Positions 24,533 to 36,044 of a stretch of DNA of 64,000 nt are shown one piece after another. A program made the translations under genes and the position numbers. A model generated the notes under the pieces. That model searched no databases, had not been told where the DNA came from, and saw nothing but the letters and a program-made list of their open reading frames with translations. Numbering within the stretch: position 1 is the first letter of the stretch; every line of letters starts with the position of its first letter. This stretch comes from Leucoraja ocellata (taxonomy: Eukaryota): the NCBI GenBank assembly GCA_036785375.1, contig JAWMAR010001184.1, positions 186,001-250,000 of the forward strand, given 5' to 3'.

Positions 24533-24678
24533 CTCTCCTTCTTCTTCTTGTGTATGGCGTGCACAGCCTAAAGTTGTAGGACAACTTGTTCTATTTGATC
24601 TTACTTGATTGTGCACGCCAGGTTGATTGCATTCATCGAAACAGGGCGGACCACGCGAAGGTTGCAATCTCCCACCCC
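24533..24678 (-). mobile_element. Short retroposon with a 5' HDV-like ribozyme motif and (AAG)n tail, copy 2 (full-length)
   Basis: 9-bp TSD ATTTGGTGC at 24524-24532 / 24679-24687; homologous to 8090-8223. Confidence 0.88.
24625..24678 (-). ncRNA. Minimal HDV/CPEB3-like ribozyme fold (catalytic C replaced by T in this copy)
   Basis: GGGGTGG(P1) GA GATTGCA(P2) ACC(P3) TTCGCGT(L3) GGT(P3') CCGCCCT(P1') GTTTCGA TGAA(J4/2) TGCAATC(P2'); G1-U wobble at the element's first base. Confidence 0.8.
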
Positions 24679-24790
24679 ATTTGGTGCATGATGCACACTC
24701 TCCCTTTGTAATTCTGGTGAACTGGTCAACACCTGGATTTATTTTTGAGATGTAGTCATCATTGGCAAAGTGTGCATTTATTCATTAGTA

Positions 24791-25621
24791 GAAATTGCGA
24801 TTAGATAAATTTCATTCCAACCAAACAAAGATTGCTTAAAGTAACACTTGATATTATCTAATGTTACAGCAGTGAGGAGGCAATTGTAGTGAAATCAGAG
24901 ACACATGTGACTGCAGATGTTGCCATCTAGATCACAAAACAAAGTGTTGGGTGAACTCATTGGGCCAGGCAGCATCAGTGGAGGGAATCCAATGCAATTG
25001 ACTACTTCAGGTGGCCCTATGGTCAGAGTAGAATCAACTGTAAACCCAGAACTGGTTCAGAGTCAGTTTTCTTTTGCTGGTGGCCAGTGAACTAGTTGGG
25101 GTTTTACGACAACATAAAAATTTCATGGTTACATTACCGTTCCTTGCCATTTATTTGCTGATTCTCAAACTGCTGCAGTGAAAGATGTTGTTTGACAAGG
25201 CTCTTGCGTTCTCTGCAATGTAAGCGGCATTGCAACGAGCAGTGCAGTGGATATCTCCTCACTGTTAACGGAATAGCAATCAAACCTAATGAGTCCACTT
25301 GCTTCAGTTGTTTACAAGGTAACCAACCAACAGGCCGATCAACAGTGGGTGCACCATCTGTGTGAAAAATTCTCATGGAGACTTGCTAAGTCAACACAAA
25401 TTGAGAATAACCCTGGGCCCTTCCTGTCTGCGGATTGCTACTACAATACTGGGAGTTAGAATTGTTAAACAAGCCGGAGGCACTTAATCAGAAGATAATT
25501 CGCAGATTAAGTGCTAGAGGTTTAATTCGCTCAAAATGTATGTGTAGAAAATGAAATTGTGATTAGATAAACTTCATTCTAACCAAACAAAGATTACTTA
25601 AAGTGGCACTTGATCTTATCT
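24791..25621 (+). repeat. Pair of 69-bp direct repeats (24791-24859 and 25553-25621)
   Basis: Ungapped alignment, 62/69 identical. Confidence 0.9.
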
Positions 25622-26071
25622 GAAGACTAACTGCCGCGGGCACATAAAAATTGATAAATCTTTAGGTCAACATCTGTGTTCGTTCTCCAGTGTTCCTTCC
25701 TCATTGGGTATTGATAATTACTGGAGCCTATGCTCCCTCCATTCCAGAGGCTCTGTGTTAAGTTTCAGCAGAAAAGTCGATGGCGAAATGCAAGAGATGA
25801 TCTGGTCTACAGTCCAACTCTGCGCTTGTGTGCGTGGAAACATGCCCAGCTTCCTGCAGGGTCCCGGTGGAGCCACCAGGAGCAGGGCCCAGGCCCCACC
25901 CTCACCATGTACACTCAGGGCAATACATCACCTCCTGCGAAGTCATCATGACACCCATTAACTCAGAAGAGAACGATTTTCCAGTCGGTACAATTAAGAT
26001 TTACAATAACAGAACACAATAATGCACCCACTTTATAAAAGGGAGTGTTCTGCTTGTTTCAATTTGAGTTA

Positions 26072-26419
26072 TGTTTAAGAAGGAACTGCAGATGCTGGAA
26101 AATCAAAGGTACACAAAAATGCTGGAGAAACTCAGCGGGTGCAGCAGCATCTATGGAGCTGAAGAAATAGGCAACGTTTCGGGCCAAAACCCTTCTTCAG
26201 ACTGATGGGGGGTGGGGGGGAGATGGTGTGGGGGGAGAAGAAAGGAAAAAGGAGGAGCCCGAGGGCTGAGGGAGAGATAGGAAGGGGAGGAGACAGCAAG
26301 GGCTTTGTGAAACTCTCCGGAGGGAGGAGGAGAACTTCTTCAAAGTAGGCATACCTTGAGGAGATTTCACAGTGGAGTAGACAAAGTGTTTAAGAATGAA
26401 CTGCAGATGCTGGAAAATC
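26072..26419 (-). mobile_element. Penelope-type terminal-repeat unit, 315-bp period with partial tandem repeat and intact hammerhead core
   Basis: tgtttaagaa(g/t)gaactgcagatgctggaaaatc at 26072-26104 and 26387-26419; minus strand CTGAAGA-AGGGTTTTGGCCC-GAAACGTT at ~26173-26200. Confidence 0.85.
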
Positions 26420-29400
26420 GCCATATTGACAACCGTGGCAGAATCTGCAAACGTGCACAGAAGGATCTCAGTGGCCCACTGTGCAGTGTCTGCTGTCACA
26501 AACGAGGTCCAGCATGCCAACCTATTTCAAGTAGAGGAACACTCATTGTATCCCTTGTGGTTATGGATTCCAAGTCTAATGGGACAACAGGGTTCTAATG
26601 GAGCAGGGAGCTGCGTCACTGAGGTATGGCTTCTAGATTTGGCACAAAAGCATGTTCCACACTAGCTGCTCCAGTGAATACAAAATATACAGCCTAAAAT
26701 GTAAATACTCTTTAATCAAGCAGCAGAGAAGCTGATCATTAATCTTGTGGCCGTGTGTAGACAGCTCCTGGAACAGGACAAAAGCGAAACATGCCACATA
26801 TCAGTTGTTGTTTTGCAGATGGGTATGCAAAGAATTGTGAGATTTTTCAGGTATAAAAAGACAAGAAAATTATCATATAATCTAGTAAGTACATCATGAC
26901 TCCTGAGAAAAACTGGTCTTTGACATTTATAGAAATCCCACTGGATATCAACCTTTTTGTGGCCAATGAAAGTAGCAAGATTGAAAACAAACCTGATGTT
27001 ACAGATTGGCGCTGCCTTATTTATTCAGTGGGGTGTTGACGGGTAATATCTGTATCATGAGTTTGCCTTGTCAATACTATCAATACTCAGTGGATTAAAC
27101 AATAGCCAAACTGGTTTAATTGGATGTTTTTTCCATTACATCAAAAGCACTAATGGATGGGGTCATTGTGCATACTGTTGGTTAGGGATCAGAGCTGAAC
27201 AGGCTGTTAGGCCCCAGTCTCAGTGCCAAGGGAGTTGGTGCCCACAGGCCCTATAGTGTGCATGTGGGTAATAAGAGGGACTTCACTCAAAGCTCCAGGG
27301 TAGGAGCAGACACAGATATGGATACTGTGTGTACGAGCTACTGGAGCACCTTTGTTAGTCGTAGATACGACTAACCATCTCAACCCACACTTGGACGGGA
27401 GAGGTGGGCTGCAAACCTCCAATTGGTACGGGCAAGGGTACAGGAGGAGGTAAATGGGATAATGAGGAGAATAATTGAGATTAAGTTACAAACATATCAA
27501 CACTTCTCTCAGGCTTAGTACAGTAGAGTTATGTGATCTTGAAATCAAAGTTGTCTTTGTGCTGGAAGGTCAACTATTGTTCTCAAGCGGAGTCATGTTG
27601 CTGTTAAGAGTATGAGATCACAGGCGGCTTGGCCTGAGACATGTTGTTCACTTCACAGCCAAGTACAACCTGTCGATCCAAGGGGGAGACTGTGAGCTGG
27701 GGGGGGGGGGGGGGGGGGGGGGGATGGGTACCAGATAGAAATGTCTATTCAGTTTAAAAAAATCTATTTTCAAAACAAGTTTAAGAGTTGTTTATCGTCA
27801 CATGAAAAATTAAGTCATAAGTAATTTTAAATATTTTATATTGAGTTAATCTTAAAATAACTATAGACCAATATGCAAAGACAAATAACATCTTGCAAGT
27901 ACTTTTCACACAAATTTAAAGCAAACCTAATATCATGGTCCTACAATGCTAGGTAATGGGAAAAATCAACTTTTATTGATATAACATCTTCAGAGCAGGA
28001 GAATCATGATCTAGAGGGTATAGGTTAAGGTGAGAGGGGAATGAGCCCGAGTGGCCATTTTATCCACATCGCGGGTGGTGGATAGATGGAACAAGGTAGC
28101 AGAGGAAGTAGCTGTGGCAGAAATAATAACAATGTTTAAAAGACATTTGGATATGTACACGGATAGGAGAGGATTGCAGGGATACGTGCCAGAGGGCACA
28201 AGCTTAGAAAGAGCATCATGGTCGACATGTACCAGTTGGACTAAGCATCAGTATAACATTGCATCCAAAACTGGTGTCAATGAGAATGCTCGGAAAGGTT
28301 CGCATGAATATGGCCCCATTTCTCTACAGTAGAATTCAAGGCCTTGACCTTCTAACTCAGACAGCTGATAGAACCCTCAGTTGCTGATAGAACCTCTTGA
28401 ACAATTCTAGCTGTCCTGAAAGGGAAAAAAAAGTTTGAGAGCATCCATGAAAACGTGCAAGGCGTTTCCATGCAGTATAGCTCCATGACTATGAGTAAGG
28501 CCATTACGAGATTCAAGATTGTGCAATTATGCCGTTCCAACATTTTAAGTCATTGTTGGCCCTGCACTACCTGATATAAACAATTTCAAACTCCATTCAC
28601 TTGTTGACCTTTTCAACAGTTGTCAGGAAGGGATCAAAGTGTAATCCTGTCTTTCAGTTCATTAAACCAATTTAATTGCCAAACATTGGCAAAGGCCAGG
28701 CAGTAAATGGGGCATTGTTGTATCATGTACACAAAAGTGGAGATAAAGAATAAATGTTCAAAGAAAAATCTTGCTCGAATTGCCAAAAAGCCATTAATTA
28801 TAAATGGTCTATTCGTTTGGGAAGTATTTTTCTGGTCCTTGGCAGTGTCACATGCTTGAGGACTCACAACCAGCCCAGCTTCAAGAAGGTGCTAGTGATT
28901 TCTAACTATACTGGATGGCTATTGGACTTCAGTAACCACACTGACTTGGCCACACAAGCTCTTAGCATGTGGTCTTACACAATTGGAGATAAGACGCAGG
29001 GCACATGCATGGCAACCCACACATAAAGACACACAGGTCATGTGATGTTATTCATATCCTCTTCCTTAGCGCCCTCCCCTTGTTCAATCCTTCACGCTCT
29101 CTTCCTCTATTTACCCCCCCCCCCCCCCCCCCCACCCCGACTTGGGGGAACCTTCAGCAGCCAGTCCCAGTCTACCCCATGTGGGTAGATCTTCGTTAAC
29201 TCTTTGGGAGAGTTGGTGGGTCACTGCACAGTTTCCTGGCTCAGAGGTCCATCACTCAGCTGTCATTCACTCTTACACTTCCACTTGATTCCCCATTACA
29301 TCACTGGATATGCATGGATTGGAGGGATATGGATTATGTACAGGTAGATGGGGGTTGGTCTAGGCACCATGCTCAGCATACAACTTCGTGGGCTGAAGAT

Positions 29401-30706
29401 ACTGTTCCTCTGCTGTACGGTTCTATGTTCTAAGTTGCATCACTGAAAACACAAGATACTGGTTGGTAATAGTAACTGCTCCAGCAGAGAAATCCTTTTC
29501 AGGAGTTACTTGCTGCCCCTTTCTGGGAAGACCTGCATTGTCCAAACCTGACAAAGAGCATTTTACAAAGAGTAACATCCAGGATCACACCCCACATTTC
29601 TCCTTATTCATATCGGTATCCGGAGTAATTTAGCACAATGTTCCCAATGGCCAATGTTTCAAGACATTTTTATCAATGCAACGACTTCCTGCCAGTACTC
29701 TACCTCATCAAACTCCAGTAATTGAGTTTTACCATATAATAATTCTAAAAAGACATAGCCAATATAATTAAATTCCCACACCATCCTGGCCATGCTCCCA
29801 TCTCGCTACTACAATTGGGAAGAAGGTACAAGAGCCTGAAAACTGGACCACCAGGTTCAAGACCAGCTTCTTCCCGGCAACCATACGTATGATAATTAAA
29901 ACATCTGACCTAAAATATCTGTTCTTCATGGGATCAATTTAAACTGGTCAAGTTTACTCCTGTACCAGGCAGTTGTTGCAGATTTTAAAATGCTTTAAAA
30001 AAAACAAAACAGATTTTTAAAGGGTTTTAAGATTTTAAAACCACCCTCGCTATGTTCTCATTTCAATCCTACCATCAGGAAGAAGGTATGGACGTCTGAA
30101 AACCATCACCTCCAGCTTCAGGAACAGCTTTAGTTTAGTTTATTATTGTCATGTGTACTGAGGTACCGTAAAAATATTTTTCGTTGCGTGTTATCCTGTC
30201 AGCAAAAAAGACTATACACGATTACACTCAAGCCGTCCACAGTGTACAGCTACAGAATAAAGGGAATAACATTGAGTGCAAGATAAAGTTCAGTAAAGTC
30301 TGATTAAAGTTCTCAACAACCATCATGCTCTTGAACATTACAAACTAAATGTAGAAATACAAACCTTCTTGGTTGCACTAGGGACTTCAGGCTTTTGTTT
30401 TGTATTTTATTTATTGAACTTTTTTTGTTTGTTTAAAATGTTATCTATTGAATACTTAGTTATTTACTACTGTTAAGCTGCTGGAAGTAAGAATTTCGTT
30501 GTTCCGTTTCGGTGTCAATGACAACTAAACACTCTCGACTTGGCCAATATCCGTCCAAACCCTCAATTCAGTTCATTGTCACGTGTATCATGTTGGCTTG
30601 GATGGAGCTGTTCCTAAACAAATTTGTGATGCATCCTGATGAAATGCTTTCTCTGTGGCATCTGTAGAAGTTTGTGAAAGTTGGAGGGGACATGACAAAC
30701 TTCCCA

Positions 30707-30838
30707 TGTGTTGGAAAGAACTGCATTTGCTGGTTTAAATCAAAGGTAGACACAAAATGCTGGAGTTACTCAGCGGGACAAGCAGCATCACTGGAGAGAA
30801 GGAATGGGTGACGTTTCGTGGCGAGACCCTTCTTCAGT
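30707..30838 (-). mobile_element. Penelope-derived mini-element with hammerhead core
   Basis: Minus strand CTGAAGA-AGGGTCTCGCCAC-GAAACGTC at 30810-30837. Confidence 0.75.
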
Positions 30839-31189
30839 ACATAATAAAGATGGCGTACAGGTATACATTTCAATGTGATCACCTCACGGTCTTCCTTACT
30901 CAAGACTGAAATAATACCCCTCTTCCGGCACTATAATCAAGTACTTCTACATTGCAAGTGCAATCTTCCTGAAGTAGGGAGATCAGACCTGCTCAATATA
31001 AATGCATCAAGGAATTTCTAATTCTTTTACTAAATTCCTCGTAATAAATGCCATCAAACCAGTTTCCTTGCAATTGTTTTTGTATCATCTACGTTAACTT
31101 CCAGCGGTTTGTGCAAGGGATACTCAGGGGCTGCCTGAACAGCAATCCCAGAACAAGCCTCACCTCTTTAGATTACCTGGGTTATAAAA

Positions 31190-31630
31190 ACATTTCTACT
31201 ATATTCTAAAATATTCCTACTGTTTACCCCATCGAAGCCTCTCATAATATTCTACACTTTTATCAGGTCTATCCTCAGCTTTTGACACTAGATAAAATAA
31301 TCCAGGTTTGTCCAAACTCTCCTTACAGCTAATACCCTGAAATCCAAGCAGCTTCTTGGTAAATTCCTTGTGCATCCTCTCCAAAGCCTATACATCCTTC
31401 GCAGTTTGGGTGACCCAAACTGCGCACAATACTCCAAATGCAGCCTCATCAAAGTCCTATAAAGCCACACCATGACTCCCTGACTCTTGTACTCAATGCC
31501 CCGACCAATGAAGGCAAGCGCATCGTACTCGTTCTTCACCACTCTATCTATTTGTGTCGCCACTTTCAGGAAGCTATAAACTTGGACACCAAGATCCCTC
31601 TGTACATCAATGCTGTAAAGGGTTGTGCCA
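31190..31630 (-). mobile_element. CR1 LINE fragment
   Basis: ATQIDRVVK..LAFIGRGIEYKS..LYRTLMRLHLEYCAQF. Confidence 0.85.
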
Positions 31631-32924
31631 GGTGAGTGGCTTAGTGCCTATTTTAGGTAGCAGCTGCCATTCTGAGACTATCAGTCTGCCTTAGTCCAGT
31701 TATGTACTATAGTTTGCTTTACATCTGTGCAATGCCTAAAAATTAGACAAATGAATCAGAGTTTGTAACCCCAACCTTTTTACGTTCAATAATGAGAGGG
31801 ATCAAATGAGTGGATGATTTGAAGCTGATGTACAATGGTTATGGGGAAACATGAGGCAGAGGCAGATGCAGAGTGACTCCCCCTCCCCCCCCCCCCCCGG
31901 ATAAATTGGAAAGGAAAATGAGGGAAGTTCAGGAGAGCCCAGAGCACACCAAATACACTTACACAAGACAGTAATCCACCAGAGTGAGTCAGAGAGATCG
32001 GAGCCCGAGGAAGGTTGACAATAATCACTAAATGTTTTCAGTGAAGCAGGCACGGTTTCTATCTACACCTATCCACAGACAATGGAAAATAGATTTCTTG
32101 TACATTCCTCAACGTGGAATCATTACTGTGCATACAACACACACGTCACACAATTAGTCTCTGGTTTAGCTTCTGTATCTAGGACTATATAAACAACTAA
32201 AGAAAGGCTTGACAAAGCTTAAAAATATGTTCCACTTGCAACATCCTGGTCATTTATGTCTGTACTTAGCAGGTAAATTATTGTTAAAATCAATTCTATT
32301 TGTATATTATAAATGAAAATATTCTGTTACATTTAAGTTTGCTACTAGAACTGTTTATTGGAATGTTCTGCTATGGTTTCTAAGCACTGAGAGACATTGC
32401 AATAGTTCTTTAGAATTAGGTCTTAACCATAATTCCTTTGAATGACAGTCACTGGATTAAGAACATTGTTATCACTTGGCTTTGCCCACAGTCTTGGTTT
32501 TTTTCAACCACACCTAGATTTAGAAGATAATTTGCAAGTTATCCAGTTTTATTTAGTCATGACCCAGAAATTACACTACAGAATAGCTCTGGTTAAATCA
32601 AGTGACTGTATAACCTGTGTGGGTGCAACCAGTATAGACCAGACTGGTAGAGTCAGCTCAGCTTCTTGCCTTCAGCTACACTGCCCAGTTACACTTGGGG
32701 CACAAACAAAAAGGAAGCCCCAGGCAAAAGGTTAGAATCGATCACATTCAGTTTCTGTCTGTCGTGTGATACGACAAAGAAGGGATATTATCAATCATGC
32801 AATCCATCTATATCAAATTGACCATCCACACAGGCATGAGGGAAGGAATGCTATCAATGGGGAATCAAAGGTCCATGTTCCCCTGCTTGTTCCCCCCAAG
32901 ACCACATGTTGTGTCTTAAACCAT

Positions 32925-33535
32925 TTTCCATATAACCATATAACAATTACAGCACGGAAACAGGCCATCTCGGCCCTAATAGTCTGTGCCGAACACGTAT
33001 TCTCCCCTAGTCCCATCTACCTGCACTCAGACCATAACCCTCCATTCCTTTCCCGTCCATATAACTATCCAATTTATTTTTAAATGATAAAATCAAACAT
33101 GCCTCCACCACCTCCACTGGAAGCTCATTCCACACAGCTACCACTCTTCGAGTAAAGAAGTTCCCCCTCATGTTACCCCTAAACTTCTGTCCCTTAATTC
33201 TCAAGTCATGTCCTTGTTTGAATCTTCCCTACTCTCAGTGGGAAAAGCTTATCCACGTCAAATCTGTCTATCCCTCTCATCATTTTAAAGACCTCTATCA
33301 AGTCCCCCCTTAACCTTCTGCGCTCCAAAGAATAAAGTCCTAACTTGTTCAACCTTTCTCTGTAACTTAGTTGCTGAAACCCAAGCAACATTCTAGTAAA
33401 TCTCCTCTGTACTCTCTCTATTTTGTTGACATCCTTCCTATAATTAGGCGACCAAAATTGTACACCATACTCCAGAATAGGCCTCACCAATGCCTTGTAC
33501 AATTTTAACATTACATCCCAACTTCTATACTCACA
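32925..33535 (-). mobile_element. Relatively young CR1 LINE 3' end
   Basis: LKLYKALVRPILEYGVQFWSPNYRKDVNKIERVQRRFTRM..RRLRGDLIEVFK; (GTTATATG)-like tail. Confidence 0.92.
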
Positions 33536-35326
33536 AGATGTTATTTTCTGGAAGAAAGTAATCTCATTTCTATTTGAATAAATCCCTCCTAATGGCTGCC
33601 ACCTTCTCCCTTGTCCTGTTATCGCTCATCCTTCATTGAAATATTGCTTCTGCAGGTTACCTCCAGACCATGACCAACAGCTTCCAAGACCTCTGGTACG
33701 TCTGCTCTAGACACGTTGAAACTGCTTGCTGTGGCCTTGGGTAAGTATGGAAGAAACCAGTCAAGGTTCTGCTCTCTTTATCACTCTCCAGTGACCCAAA
33801 CTGACAGCTACTCCATGAGTATATCACGTCAGAACAGGTTTAAGATTAACATACACGTCCAGACAATTAATAAATTGGTACAAGAATGTGCGAACTTCTT
33901 TCTTTCTGGTTTAAAAGTGTCAGTGACAGATATTGTCTGCCTCGGAGCAGAGAGATGATGGAGGAAGTACTTGGTGGAGATATTCACAATTATGGATTTG
34001 GATAAAATGGATAACGTGGTCGGTGACGGAGAATGTAGATTAGAAATTACTGAAGGTAGTTTGACTTGGTATGTACAGCCTAAATGAGTGCTGGATGCAG
34101 ATTCAACAGCATCTTTTGAAAGGGATTTAGTTAAATAACTGAAAGGAAAATAAAATGCAGAAAATGGGTAAAGGGCACAGGAGTCAGATTAAATTGACCA
34201 GTGCTTCCCAAAGAGCCAGTATGGATTTGAATGTTTGTCATCTGTGCAGCAAATTCTTTGATCCCACACCCTTCTTTCTTTCCCCTCGTTTTTCTTTCTA
34301 CTATTCCCGACTCTTCAGATCACTGCCTTAACCCACTCCGTCCATTGCTGTAGGTCCAAGGTTCTCTTGACTTGCACAGCTTCTTAGCCTCTCTACCCCA
34401 TCGCCATCTCTCCCACAGCAGCAAGCCAAACCATCTTTCCTACCCTTCTAGGAGAACGCCTGGCCTATCTCATTGACCCAACAGTCTCTCTGTACTTCCC
34501 CGAAAACTAAACATTACAGGATGACTCTATAGAGTTGTCTAATATGATGAGTGGCTGAAGCATATTACGAGAAACGTTTTATTCAAGAGAGGCAAATCCT
34601 TGAGAGTGATGTCAGGGGGAAATATTTCTTTGTAAGGATTATACCAATCTGGATCTCCCTTAGAAAGCTGCGAAGCTGTCTGTTCACTGAAGGGCAACAA
34701 AGATTTAAAACTAACCTGAGCAACTCTGAACTTTAATGGACTGTGTTTGTTCTGCTCTACAGACTGGGTTTTTTGTTGCACGAGTATTATGGTTATTCAT
34801 TTATTGAATTGTTTGATGATATTTATCTGTGTGAATTGCATCAATGGGTCAGTTGAGCTGCTGTAAGTAAGAATTTTATTGTTCCGTTGTTAGTACATAT
34901 GACAATTAAACACTTTTTACTCGAAATTGGCAGATTTTAGAGTTATTAAGGGGTACAATAAAACCAAGTGCATGCAGTTCAGATATAGTTTTTATCATAT
35001 GAATGGCTGAATATGTTCAAAGGGGCAAATCTCTTCAGGCCCCATGTTCTCTGCATTCAATTAAAACAAACAATTTGCTTTTCTAAAGCTAATTCCTGGG
35101 CCATTGTTGAACGCAGACCTTCGTTCCGGCAGATGGTTTTGTTTCAGCAGTAAGTTGAATCAGCAAATCCACCCCTTCCCCAGCCACTCTGAAATATAGA
35201 TGGTGAAGGGCCCAGATTTATTGTGATGGGTGGTGGAGTCAGGTGTAACTTGTTGGGCTGGATAAGAGATGTTTGCAAAAACAATGAGATGGAACACAGA
35301 TAAGATGCAAGATGTGCCACAGAGAT

Positions 35327-35445
35327 GATTAAGAAAGAACTGCTGGAAAAATGAAGGTAGACAAAAATGCTGGACCCGAAACATCACCTATTCCTTTGCT
35401 CCATAGATGCTGCCTCACCTGCTGACTTTCTCCAGCATTTTTGTC
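35327..35445. mobile_element. Penelope-derived mini-element with inverted ends
   Basis: 12-bp TSD TGCCACAGAGAT at 35315-35326 / 35446-35457; 'agacaaaaatgctgga' versus 'tccagcatttttgtct'. Confidence 0.8.
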
Positions 35446-35457
35446 TGCCACAGAGAT

Positions 35458-36044
35458 AGAAACTAGGTGCAGAAGTAGGCCATTCGGCCCTTCAAGCCTG
35501 CACCGCCATTCAATATGATCATGGCTGATCATCCAACTCAGTATCCCGTACCTGCCTTCTCTCCATACCCCCGATCCCTTTAGCCACAAGGGCCACATCT
35601 AACTCCCTCTTAAATATGGCCAATGAACTGGCCTCAACTACCCTCTGTGGCAGAGCGTTTCAGAGATTCACCACTCTCTGTGTGAAAAATGTTTTTTTCA
35701 TTTTGATCCTAAAGGATTTCCCCTTTATCCTTAAACTGTGACCCCTTGTCCTGGACTTCCCCAACATCGGGAACAATCTTCCTGCATCTAGCCTGTCCAA
35801 CCCCTTAAGAATTTTGTAAGTTTCTATAAGATCCCTCCTCAATCTTCTAAATTCTAGCGAGTACAAGCCGAGTCTATCCAGTCTTTCTTCATATGAAAGT
35901 CCTGACATCCCAGGCATCAGTCTGGTGAACCTTCTCTGTACTCCCTCTATGGCAAGAATGTCTTTCCTCAGATTTGGAGACCAAAACTGTACACAGTACT
36001 CCAGGTGTGGTCTCACCAATACCCTGTGTTGGTGAGACCACACC
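35458..36044 (-). mobile_element. CR1 LINE 3' fragment with a fold-back at its truncated 5' end
   Basis: LVRPHLEYCVQFWSPNLRKDILAIEGVQRRFTRL; 16-bp inverted repeat 36004-36019 / 36029-36044. Confidence 0.9.
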
